The position numbers were made by a program, and so were the translations under genes. Below the pieces are notes generated by a model, which saw only the letters and a program-made list of their open reading frames with translations, did no database searches and was not told where the DNA came from. A stretch of 33,627 nucleotides of DNA from Candidatus Omnitrophota bacterium (GTDB lineage: Bacteria; Omnitrophota; Gorgyraeia; Zapsychrales; Zapsychraceae). The DNA lies in the NCBI GenBank assembly GCA_015233495.1, contig JADFXQ010000019.1:1-33627 (forward strand), read 5' to 3'. Shown here piece after piece: positions 1 through 8,718 of the stretch. Positions within the stretch are counted from its first letter, which is position 1; the number at the start of each line of letters is the position of its first letter.

Positions 1-175
1 ACACCTGGCGTTGATTGCGCTGGAAAAGATACGCGGGAAAAGCCTTTCGGCAAAAATCGATGAGGTTATTTCCAATGTAGGATTCGCTTTGATGATTGGT
101 TTAGCGGTATTTGTTTTTTACAGTGATTTTTCTCGTTTGGGATGGATTGATAAAATCAAACATCTATTTGGGTAA
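1..175 (+). CDS. rseP: RIP metalloprotease RseP, C-terminal fragment (5' truncated by window)
   Basis: Frame 2 reads HLALIALEKIRGKSLSAKIDEVISNVGFALMIGLAVFVFYSDFSRLGWIDKIKHLFG*. This matches the M50B C-terminus after LDGGH (H..E.I.G+, last TM ending Y.D). It sits upstream of proS, as in the usual cluster. Confidence 0.8.
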   Translation, partial: HLALIALEKIRGKSLSAKIDEVISNVGFALMIGLAVFVFYSDFSRLGWIDKIKHLFG

Positions 176-196
176 AAGGGTTAGGGGGGACAGTTT

Positions 197-1465
197 ATGG
201 CCGGCGAAGATTTGCGGGATAAAGTTAATAAGTATTTGCTGCAAAACGCTGATTTTATGCAGAGCAAAGACAAGATGACCGAGGAGCAGTTACGCGCCGC
301 TGCCGACCGGGCGATCAACGCGATTGTTCATGAACAGCGTCTTGAAATTACGGTGGAGCAGCGTTACGCGGTGATTCGGGACTTGGTGAGCGCGGTGGTG
401 AGTTTGGGACCTTTGCGTCAGCTGATGGAAGATCATAACATTACGGAAATCATGGTCAATGGGCCGGCGCGGATTTATATTCAGCGGCGCGGTAAGATTG
501 AGCTGACGGACGTTCGTTTTGACAATCAGCGCCAATTGATGCATACGATTCAGAAAATTTTAGCGGGCGCCGGCTCCAATAAACGGGTGGATGAATCTTC
601 GCCGTTTTGCGACCTTTCTTTATCCGACGGATCGCGGGTGAATATCATTATTCCGCCCTGTTCCACAATTGGGCCGGTCATGACGATCCGCAAGTTTCGC
701 GAAGATATCACGACGATGCAACACCTCATTGAATTGGGCGAGATAAATCAGCCTATCGCGGATTTGATGTTTGCGGCGATGCAGGCAAAATTGAATGTTG
801 TTTTCTGCGGTTCGACGGGATCAGGCAAAACAACGGCGCTCAATGTTTTTTCGGCGCATATTCCCGAAGAAGAACGGATTGTGACGATTGAAGACACGCC
901 GGAATTGCGTTTGAAACAGCAACACGTTGTCGGATTGGTTTCCAAACCGGCGAATATTGAGGGCAAAGGCGAAATCACCATGCGGGATCTGTTCATCAAT
1001 TCCCTGCGGATGCGGCCGGACCGGGTAATTGTCGGCGAGGTGCGCGGCGGTGAAATGCTCGACATGATCGAGTCAATTTCGAGCGGACACAGCGGATCTT
1101 TGGCTATTGTTCACGCCGAAACGCCGGAAGATTGTTTTCACCGGATGGTAACCATGATGCTGATGACCGGAATCAAACTGCGGACCGAGGAGATCCATCG
1201 GCAAATCGCCACCGCGATTGATTTAATTGTGCATATCGAATTATTCATGGATGGGTTGCGCCGGGTGACATACGTGACGGATTTGTGGTGGGACCGGGAA
1301 GCGAAGCAGCCCAAACTGCGGGATATTTTCAAATTTGTGCAAACCGGTCGACGAGAAGATGGACGCATCTTGGGAGATTGGCGCTTAGATCCGTTGAAAC
1401 CGTCTTTTTATCATAAATTGGAAAAAAGAATGGTGGCATTGCCGGCAGGTTTTTTTGACATTTAA
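197..1465 (+). CDS. cpaF: CpaF/TadA-family (VirB11-like) pilus assembly ATPase
   Basis: ITEIMVNG, RVDESSP..D..L.DGSRVN, Walker A GSTGSGKTT, Asp box TIEDTPEL, Walker B region LRMRPDRVIVGEVRG, His box GHSG...HA. Confidence 0.9.
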   Translation: MAGEDLRDKVNKYLLQNADFMQSKDKMTEEQLRAAADRAINAIVHEQRLEITVEQRYAVIRDLVSAVVSLGPLRQLMEDHNITEIMVNGPARIYIQRRGKIELTDVRFDNQRQLMHTIQKILAGAGSNKRVDESSPFCDLSLSDGSRVNIIIPPCSTIGPVMTIRKFREDITTMQHLIELGEINQPIADLMFAAMQAKLNVVFCGSTGSGKTTALNVFSAHIPEEERIVTIEDTPELRLKQQHVVGLVSKPANIEGKGEITMRDLFINSLRMRPDRVIVGEVRGGEMLDMIESISSGHSGSLAIVHAETPEDCFHRMVTMMLMTGIKLRTEEIHRQIATAIDLIVHIELFMDGLRRVTYVTDLWWDREAKQPKLRDIFKFVQTGRREDGRILGDWRLDPLKPSFYHKLEKRMVALPAGFFDI

Positions 1466-1490
1466 ATTTTGTCATTTGTCATTTTGGTCA
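1454..1490 (+). repeat. Degenerate 7-bp periodic repeat (TTTGWCA)
   Basis: TTTGACA TTTAAAT TTTGTCA TTTGTCA TTTTGGTCA spans the cpaF stop codon. Confidence 0.55.
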
Positions 1491-1503
1491 GGATTGAATA
1501 CCT

Positions 1504-2772
1504 ATGTATTGGTCAAAATATTTTATTCCCACGCTCAAAGAAGCGCCGGCGGGAACCGAAGCGATTAGTCATCAATTGCTTTTGCGCGCGGGCTTGGTTC
1601 ATATGCTGACCGCGGGGGTGTATACGTATTTGCCTTTGGGGTACCGCGTTCTTAAAAATGTGGAGAGGGTGATTCGTCAGGAGATGAATGCGGCCGGCGC
1701 GGCGGAGTTGTTTATGCCGTGTCTGCATCCGTTGGAACTTTGGAAGCAAACCGGCAGAGATGAAGTATTAAAAGACGTCATGATCCGTTTTAAAGACGGA
1801 CGCGGCCGGGAGATGTGTTTGGGCCCGACGCATGAGGAAGTGGTCACGGATCTGGTGAAAAATTTTGTGCAGTCCTACCGCCAACTGCCGGTGATCTTAT
1901 ATCAAATTCAAACTAAATTTCGCGATGAAATGCGCGCCCGGTTTGGGATTGTCCGCGCTTGCGAATTCATCATGAAAGACGCGTACAGTTTTGACCGTGA
2001 CGCGGCAGGATTGCAGAAAAATTACGCCCGGATGGAAACGGCATATCGAAATATTTTCAAACGTTTGGATTTGGACGTGGTGGTCGTGGCCGCGGATTCC
2101 GGAGCCATGGGCGGAAAAGTTTCGCATGAATTCATGGTTCCGGCCGAGATTGGCGAGGACGCGGTTGCCGTTTGCGGGAGTTGCGCTTTTCGCGGCGGAG
2201 CGTCGGTTTTGGAAACCGCGGGGGGTGTTTGTCCCCAATGCGGACAAAAAAACTTGGCCAAATCGCCGGCGCTTGAGTTAGGGCATATTTTTCAATTAGG
2301 CGTAAAATACAGCGCGGCGCAACAAGCCTTGTTTTTAGACGAGAAAGGCGAGCGTCAGCCGATCATTATGGGATGTTACGGTATCGGCGTCAGCCGGGTT
2401 GTCGCCGCGATCATTGAAAAACATCATGATGAAAAAGGAATTATCTGGCCGAAAGCCGCGGCCCCTTTTGATGTGGAAATTTTAACTTTACCCGGTCCGG
2501 ACGACGCGGAAGGTGTCGAACCCGCTGCCCGGGAATTGTATCGGGCGTTAACCGAATGGGGGATGGATGTTTTAGTCGATGATCGTCCGGACAGTCCGGG
2601 CCGTAAATTTAATGACGCGGATTTGATCGGGATCCCGCTGCGGGTCACCATTGGACGCAAAAATATGGCGCAAGGGCAGATAGAGATTAAAGTCCGGGGA
2701 ACCGGTGCAATGGTTTTAGTCCCGCAGCAAGAGGCTGGTGGTCGTATCAAGGAGATGATTGCCAAATTATGA
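1504..2772 (+). CDS. proS: Proline--tRNA ligase, bacterial type, short form without INS editing domain
   Basis: SHQLLLRAG, GPTHEE, YQIQTKFRDE.R.RFG..R..EF.MKDAYSF, ELGHIFQLG, MGCYGIGVSR, and anticodon domain DADLIGIP. Only 422 aa. Confidence 0.97.
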   Translation: MYWSKYFIPTLKEAPAGTEAISHQLLLRAGLVHMLTAGVYTYLPLGYRVLKNVERVIRQEMNAAGAAELFMPCLHPLELWKQTGRDEVLKDVMIRFKDGRGREMCLGPTHEEVVTDLVKNFVQSYRQLPVILYQIQTKFRDEMRARFGIVRACEFIMKDAYSFDRDAAGLQKNYARMETAYRNIFKRLDLDVVVVAADSGAMGGKVSHEFMVPAEIGEDAVAVCGSCAFRGGASVLETAGGVCPQCGQKNLAKSPALELGHIFQLGVKYSAAQQALFLDEKGERQPIIMGCYGIGVSRVVAAIIEKHHDEKGIIWPKAAAPFDVEILTLPGPDDAEGVEPAARELYRALTEWGMDVLVDDRPDSPGRKFNDADLIGIPLRVTIGRKNMAQGQIEIKVRGTGAMVLVPQQEAGGRIKEMIAKL

Positions 2773-3230
2773 CGGATGCTTTACCGCAAAATCTTGACGC
2801 AGTCTTGGCTGTGATCTTAAAAGACACGCAAACCGAAGTTGTGGAACTGAATATCCGCGCCGCGCGCACGGAAACGGTGATTGACCTCTTGGTGGATAAA
2901 ATTGCGGGTGGAATCAGCATGGAGGAATGCGGCCAGATTAACCGGCGCTTGCGCGAGGGATTGACCGCGCAAGGGTGGAATACGGACGCTTTCGTCATCC
3001 AAGTCGCTTCGCCGGGATTGGACCGGCCGCTGAAAACGGTTCGTGATTTTTCTAAGGTTCTGGGCCGAATGGTCAGGATTCACCTGAACACGACTTTTCG
3101 TGATAGAATAGAATATATAGGTATAGTCGTGAAGGTTACGGAACCGGCGGTTTCGATTGAAGATAAAAAAAGGGAGGTTATTCTTATCCCGTTTGATAAA
3201 ATTCAGAAAGCCGTGCAAATCATCGAATAA
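2769..3230 (+). CDS. rimP: Ribosome maturation factor RimP
   Basis: GGISMEEC, VASPGLDRPL motif; immediately upstream of nusA. Confidence 0.93.
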   Translation: MTDALPQNLDAVLAVILKDTQTEVVELNIRAARTETVIDLLVDKIAGGISMEECGQINRRLREGLTAQGWNTDAFVIQVASPGLDRPLKTVRDFSKVLGRMVRIHLNTTFRDRIEYIGIVVKVTEPAVSIEDKKREVILIPFDKIQKAVQIIE

Positions 3231-3263
3231 AGTGTAAAACAAACGAAAGAGGAAGGGAAGGTC

Positions 3264-4322
3264 ATGGATAATAATGAATTATTAACGATTCTAGAGCAAT
3301 TGGAACGCGATAAAGGGATTGACCGCGAAATTTTATTTCAGGCGGTGGAAGCGGCAGTGGCTTCCGCTGCGAAAAAATTGTGGACAGTGGGTAAGGAAGA
3401 GGAAGTCAAAGTGACCCTCGACCGTAAAACCGGCAAGATTACAGCGTATGCGGGAACGGAAGAAATCCGCTCCAGCGAATTTGGCCGGATCGCGGCGCAA
3501 ACGGCCAAACAGGTGGTGATCCAAAAAATCCGGGAAGCGGAAAAAGACGTAGTTTTCAATGAGTATAACGGACGCATCGGCCAGATCATCAGCGGCAGTG
3601 TTTATCGCTTTGAAAAAGGGACAATCATCGTGGATTTGGGGAAAACCGAATCGCTGATTCCCCGCAAAGAACAATCCGGGAAAGAAGAATTCAAGCAGGG
3701 CGACCGTATCCGCGCTTTGGTCTTGGATGTCCGGCGGGAAACCCGCGGCCCGGAAATTATTTTATCCCGTAGTCATCCGCATTTCGTCAAACGGTTGTTT
3801 GAATTGGAAGTCCCGGAAATTTACGAAGGCATCGTTGAAGTTAAATCCATTGCCCGGGATGTGGGCGAGCGGACAAAAATCGCGGTTTATTCCAAAGACG
3901 AGAAAGTCGATTGTGTCGGCGCTTGTGTTGGTATGCGCGGGTCGCGCGTAAAAAACATTGTCAATGAATTGCAGGGCGAAAAAATCGATATTGTCCGTTA
4001 TTCGGACGATATCAAAGAATATATCCAGGCGGCTTTATCGCCGGCGGAGCTTTCGCAGATCCAGTTAAGCTATGAAGATAAAAAAGCGAATATCATCGTT
4101 GCGGATGATCAATTGTCGCTGGCTATCGGCAAGCACGGGCAAAATGTCCGCTTAGCCAGCCAGCTGGTGGGATGGGAATTGGATTTATTTACGTTCGAGC
4201 AGTGGAAAAAACTTCAGGAAGAGGATGATAATTCGTCAGAGGATCAACCGCTGCCGCCGATCGTTGAAACCTCGGCCCCGGCTACGGAGAATCAAGCTGC
4301 GCAAACCGAAGAAGGTTTATAA
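3264..4322 (+). CDS. nusA: Transcription termination/antitermination factor NusA
   Basis: FGRIAAQTAKQV, LFELEVPEI, GACVGMRGSR, LAIGKHGQNVRLA (S1 and KH domains); acidic C-terminal tail. Confidence 0.98.
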   Translation: MDNNELLTILEQLERDKGIDREILFQAVEAAVASAAKKLWTVGKEEEVKVTLDRKTGKITAYAGTEEIRSSEFGRIAAQTAKQVVIQKIREAEKDVVFNEYNGRIGQIISGSVYRFEKGTIIVDLGKTESLIPRKEQSGKEEFKQGDRIRALVLDVRRETRGPEIILSRSHPHFVKRLFELEVPEIYEGIVEVKSIARDVGERTKIAVYSKDEKVDCVGACVGMRGSRVKNIVNELQGEKIDIVRYSDDIKEYIQAALSPAELSQIQLSYEDKKANIIVADDQLSLAIGKHGQNVRLASQLVGWELDLFTFEQWKKLQEEDDNSSEDQPLPPIVETSAPATENQAAQTEEGL

Positions 4323-4339
4323 CAAGGGATGGTTTTTTT

Positions 4340-6832
4340 ATGAAAGTATTGGATTTGGCCAAGGAGCTAAAAACAACTGCCGATGATGTTCTTCTGACGT
4401 TAAAGTCTTTGCGCCTGAAAGCCAAAGGGGAAGATCAAGAATTGAACGATGTCGTGCTTTCAATTTTACGCAGAGAATATAGCCGTCCGGATAAAAAACG
4501 GGCCGCGCCTTTACCCCCGCCGCCTCCGGCCGTTGCGCCGGCGGCTCCGGTTGAGCCGGTTATTGCCGAAGAAAAACCTGCGGTGAAAACGCGGAAGAAG
4601 AAAGCGGAAGATTTGCCGGCGGAAAAGGGCGGATCATCCGCAGAAGAAAAGCCAAAACGAAAAACCGTTAAGGCAAAAACAACGGAAGCCGTCAAAACGC
4701 CTAAGGCCAAAAAACCGGCAAAAGAAAAAATTGAAACGGAAATTGCGCCGGTAAATGAAATTTTAGTTCAACCGGTTGCGAAAACCGCAGCGGTTATGCC
4801 TGCGGAACCGGTCAAATCCGTTGAGCCGGTTATTGCGGCTGCGGCAGCATCACCGTCCGCGGCGGAGAAAAAACCAAAATCCAAAATCAGCCGAGAGCCG
4901 GTCATTACCTTAAAACCTTTAGCGCGCAAACGCCGTAAAAGCGGACGCGATGAAGATGGACCGCGTTCCCTTTCGCCGGCGGACACCGGAGCTCCAGTGT
5001 CCTCATCCGCAGACGCCGCCGCAAGCGCGATGGGAATTGCGGCAGGGGAAGTTGGCGCGCCCGACGAACGCGTGCTTCAGGAAATTCAAATTGATCTTCC
5101 GATAACGGTTAAAGAATTGAGCACGCGTATTCAGCAAAAACCCAGCGCAATTTTGACTTCTTTGATGAAAATGGGCTTGTTGGCGCATATTAATCAAAGT
5201 TTAGGCGAAGAAATCGTAAATAAATTATTATACGAATTCGGTTTTTCTTTAGCTCGGGTGCGGACACAGGAAGAACAGTTGATTGATCAACATCATACCG
5301 AAGATGAAACCCCTGAATTATTAAAACCGCGCGGGCCGGTGGTTACCTTGATGGGCCATGTCGATCATGGTAAAACCACGCTTTTAGATAAAATTCGCAA
5401 GAGTCGGGTCGCGGATACGGAACACGGCGGGATTACCCAACATATGCGGGCCTATTCGGTATTAACGCCCAAAGGCCGGATCACTTTTTTGGATACTCCG
5501 GGACACGAGGCATTCACGTCGATGCGGGCCCGCGGCGCGCATATTACGGATATTATCATTTTGGTGGTCGCGGCGGATGAAGGACTGATGCCGCAAACTC
5601 TGGAAGCGATTGACCATGCGCGCGCCGCGCAAGTGCCGATGGTCGTGGCATTGACCAAAATCGATAAAAGAAATATTGATTTGGACCGGGTCAAAAAACA
5701 ATTGGGCACAGTGGATCTACTTCCGGAAGATTGGGGCGGCAAGACTGTCGCGGTCCCGGTTTCAGCACTGACCGGAGAAGGGATTGATACGCTCTTGGAT
5801 ATGGTTCTTTTGGAAGCGGAATTATTGGAATTGAAAGCCAATCCGGACAAATTAGCTTCCGGTATCGTCGTGGAAGCGCATATGGACGCGGGAAAAGGCG
5901 TAGTGGCAACCTTGATCATCCAAGGGGGAACGTTAAAAGAAGGGGATTATATTGTCGCGGGACCGCATTACGGCAAGGTCAAAGCCATGTTTGATGACTG
6001 GATGAAAAATGTCAAACGGGCCGGGCCGTGCATACCGGTGGAAGTGATCGGGCTGCCCGAAGTTCCCAACGCCGGCGAAATGTTTTATGCCGTCGAGGAT
6101 GAGCGTAAAGCGCGCGAAATTTCCGGTCAGCGCATGGAAAAGGTTAAGCTGAAAAAGTTACAATCAACCCAGCGTTTGACTTTGGAAGATTTATACGCCC
6201 GGACTCAGGATGGGCAGGCGAAAGAATTGAATATTATTATCAAGTCCGATGTTCAGGGATCTTTAGAAGCGTTGCGAGATTCTTTAGCTAAGATTCCGAG
6301 CGATAAGATCCGTTTAAAATTTATTCATCTTGGCGTGGGAGATGTGAATACGTCGGATGTTGTTTTGGCGCTGGCCTCGAAAGCGATCATCATCGCTTTT
6401 CATGTCGGTATTGACACCCGGGCCAAACAGGAGATGGAAAACGATCCGGTGGATGTCCGGCAGTACCGGATCATTTATGACGCGGTGAATGAGATCCGCG
6501 CCGCGTTGGAAGGGATGTTGGACGCGAAAAAGATCAAGCGGTTTATCGGCCGGGTCGAGATCCGGGAGGTTTTCAAGTTGACGAAACATGGGATTGTTGC
6601 CGGGTGTTATGTGCAAAAAGGGAAAATTACCCGTAAGGTTAGCGCGGATGTGATTCGCAACGGGGAGATTGTTTTCTCCGGGCATATTTCTTCGTTGAAG
6701 CGGTTTAAGGATGATGTGCGCGAGGTGACCGAGGGCATGGAATGCGGGATCACAGTCTCGAATTTCACCGGTTATGAAAAAAGCGATCTGATCGAAGCGT
6801 ATGAAGTTGACTCGATCGCGCAAAAATTATAA
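4340..6832 (+). CDS. infB: Translation initiation factor IF-2
   Basis: GHVDHGKTT, DTPGHEAF, SLKRFKDDVREV..G.ECG; long Pro/Ala/Lys-rich N-terminal linker. Confidence 0.98.
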   Translation: MKVLDLAKELKTTADDVLLTLKSLRLKAKGEDQELNDVVLSILRREYSRPDKKRAAPLPPPPPAVAPAAPVEPVIAEEKPAVKTRKKKAEDLPAEKGGSSAEEKPKRKTVKAKTTEAVKTPKAKKPAKEKIETEIAPVNEILVQPVAKTAAVMPAEPVKSVEPVIAAAAASPSAAEKKPKSKISREPVITLKPLARKRRKSGRDEDGPRSLSPADTGAPVSSSADAAASAMGIAAGEVGAPDERVLQEIQIDLPITVKELSTRIQQKPSAILTSLMKMGLLAHINQSLGEEIVNKLLYEFGFSLARVRTQEEQLIDQHHTEDETPELLKPRGPVVTLMGHVDHGKTTLLDKIRKSRVADTEHGGITQHMRAYSVLTPKGRITFLDTPGHEAFTSMRARGAHITDIIILVVAADEGLMPQTLEAIDHARAAQVPMVVALTKIDKRNIDLDRVKKQLGTVDLLPEDWGGKTVAVPVSALTGEGIDTLLDMVLLEAELLELKANPDKLASGIVVEAHMDAGKGVVATLIIQGGTLKEGDYIVAGPHYGKVKAMFDDWMKNVKRAGPCIPVEVIGLPEVPNAGEMFYAVEDERKAREISGQRMEKVKLKKLQSTQRLTLEDLYARTQDGQAKELNIIIKSDVQGSLEALRDSLAKIPSDKIRLKFIHLGVGDVNTSDVVLALASKAIIIAFHVGIDTRAKQEMENDPVDVRQYRIIYDAVNEIRAALEGMLDAKKIKRFIGRVEIREVFKLTKHGIVAGCYVQKGKITRKVSADVIRNGEIVFSGHISSLKRFKDDVREVTEGMECGITVSNFTGYEKSDLIEAYEVDSIAQKL

Positions 6833-6835
6833 TAA

Positions 6836-6863
6836 GACACAGGACACAAGACGCAGGACAGAA
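6836..6863 (+). repeat. Heptamer tandem repeat, 4 units (GACACAG GACACAA GACGCAG GACAGAA)
   Basis: Starts 3 nt after the infB stop; same unit as the 14931-14986 array. Confidence 0.85.
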
Positions 6864-6944
6864 GTCAAGCCCGTTTTTATATAGATGATATTTTGCAGTA
6901 TCTGCCGGATTGTTCTTATTCAAACATGACTCTCAAGCAGAATA

Positions 6945-6960
6945 CTTGTGTCTTGTGTCT
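6945..6960 (-). repeat. Inverted copy of the heptamer repeat (about 2 units)
   Basis: CTTGTGTCTTGTGTCT is the reverse complement of AGACACAAGACACAAG. Confidence 0.75.
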
Positions 6961-6977
6961 ATTTAAAGGTTGTTTAT

Positions 6978-7955
6978 ATGAAACCAGTTGTATTTAGCGG
7001 TATGCGGCCTACGGGAAAGTTGCACTTAGGGCATCTCGTCGGGGCTTTGAAGAATTGGGTGCCTTTACAGGATACGCATTCTTGCGTTTATTCGATTGTG
7101 GATTGGCATGCCTTGATGGGCGAGTATGAGCAGAGCAAGGCGATTACTTCGAATGTTTATGAAATGGCTTTGGATTGGCTGGCTTGCGGGTTGGATCCGG
7201 ACAAATCAGTGATTTTTGTTCAGTCGGATGTGCCGGAGCATTTGGAATTGCAAATGGTTTTTTCCTGCATTACGCCGTTAGGCTGGCTGGAACGCAATCC
7301 GACGTATAAGGAACAGTTGCGGGAGATCAAGACGCGGGATTTGCAGACGTATGGGTTTTTGGGTTATCCAGTTTTGCAGGCCGCGGACATTTTGCTTTAT
7401 CGCGCCACGGCTGTGCCGATCGGCGAGGACCAATTGCCGCATTTGGAATTGAGCCGGGAAATCGGCCGGCGGTTTAATTTTATTTTTAAGGCGGATTTTT
7501 TCGCGGATTGCAATCCGATTTTGACGGAGACGCCGCGTCTTTTGGGGTTTGACGGACGCAAGATGAGCAAGAGTTATCAAAACGCGATCAATTTGTCGGA
7601 CACTCCCGAAGAGATCAGGAAAAAAGTCATGCAAATGATCACTGACCCGTCGCGGATCAAATTGACGGACCCCGGACATCCGGACGTGTGCCAGGTTTTT
7701 TCGTATTATAAGGTATTTATCGGCGACAAAATAAAAGAAGTTGAAACCTGTTGCACTGGCGCGAAAATCGGGTGCACAGAATGTAAACGGAATTTGGCAA
7801 ACATTCTAACAGAAAAATTAGCGCCGATCCGCGAGGCGCGCGCGGCCTGGGCGGCGAAACCTAAAAACGTTAAAGACATTTTGGATTCCGGAGCGCAAAA
7901 GGCAAGAGCCCTGGCTCAGGAAACTATGCGGCAAATCCGCGCGATTATATTCTGA
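6978..7955 (+). CDS. trpS: Tryptophan--tRNA ligase
   Basis: SGMRPTGKLHLGH (HIGH), YPVLQAADIL, KMSKS. Start moved to ATG 6978, with an AAAGGT RBS upstream; the ORF-track GTG 6948 lies inside the repeat. Confidence 0.97.
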   Translation: MKPVVFSGMRPTGKLHLGHLVGALKNWVPLQDTHSCVYSIVDWHALMGEYEQSKAITSNVYEMALDWLACGLDPDKSVIFVQSDVPEHLELQMVFSCITPLGWLERNPTYKEQLREIKTRDLQTYGFLGYPVLQAADILLYRATAVPIGEDQLPHLELSREIGRRFNFIFKADFFADCNPILTETPRLLGFDGRKMSKSYQNAINLSDTPEEIRKKVMQMITDPSRIKLTDPGHPDVCQVFSYYKVFIGDKIKEVETCCTGAKIGCTECKRNLANILTEKLAPIREARAAWAAKPKNVKDILDSGAQKARALAQETMRQIRAIIF

Positions 7956-8701
7956 TGTCATCCTACAAACTTCGTCTAGACGTGTTTGAGGGCCCTCTCG
8001 ATCTTCTTCTCTATCTCATTAAGAAGAATGATATCGATATTCAAGACATTCCCATTTTAGAAATCACTGAGCAGTATATGCAGTATATAGAAATGATGCG
8101 TCTGTTGGACTTGGACGTGGTGGGCGATTTTTTGGTCATGGCTGCCACATTGCTGCAAATCAAATCAAAGATGCTGCTGCCGCCTGACCCCAGTGAAGTT
8201 GAAGAAGAGGAGATTGACCCGCGGGAAGAATTGGCGCGCCGGTTATTAGAATATAAAAAATTCAAGCAGATCGCCGAAGATCTGCAAACCCGGGAAGCGC
8301 GCCGGCGTGATTTTTTTAGCCGTTCGGTTGAGCCGGACACGGCGGACCAGCTTATCTTGGAAAGCCGGGAAGTGTATTTTGAGGCGAATCTGTTTGATTT
8401 GATCAATGCCTTATCAAACGCGCTTAAAAAAGTCCCGGAAGAAGTGATTCATGAAATCGTTAAGGACAATTTTACGGTGGAGCAAAAAATTCATGATGTT
8501 TTGCACTTGCTTTTGGATCAGCCCAGCATCGCGCTCAGTCAATTATTCGTCAAAGCCCGTAGCAAAGTGGAAGCGATCGTCACTTTTTTAGCGGTATTAG
8601 AATTGATCCGGTTGAAAGAAATCAAAGCTATTCAAAAATATTTGTTTGGTGAAATTGAAGTGTCGCGCAATACGGAAAATATGATTCCGCCGGCAATCTA
8701 A
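7955..8701 (+). CDS. scpA: Segregation and condensation protein A (kleisin)
   Basis: FEGPLDLLLYLI, FLVMAATLLQIKSKMLLP, DPREEL..RLLEYK, TFLAVLELIR. Confidence 0.95.
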   Translation: MSSYKLRLDVFEGPLDLLLYLIKKNDIDIQDIPILEITEQYMQYIEMMRLLDLDVVGDFLVMAATLLQIKSKMLLPPDPSEVEEEEIDPREELARRLLEYKKFKQIAEDLQTREARRRDFFSRSVEPDTADQLILESREVYFEANLFDLINALSNALKKVPEEVIHEIVKDNFTVEQKIHDVLHLLLDQPSIALSQLFVKARSKVEAIVTFLAVLELIRLKEIKAIQKYLFGEIEVSRNTENMIPPAI

Positions 8702-8718
8702 AGAACAAAAAACGGATT

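Noticed and set aside
4550..4836. 17-bp direct repeat GTTGAGCCGGTTATTGC (4550-66 and 4820-36) in the infB linker
   Set aside because: Encodes VEPVIA twice in a low-complexity, variable IF-2 linker. Ordinary local duplication with no sign of a mobile element.
4981..5002. Near-perfect 22-bp palindrome GGACACCGGAGCTCCAGTGTCC within infB
   Set aside because: Single occurrence with one mismatch. Plausible by chance in 33 kb, although the GGACAC ends resemble the heptamer unit.
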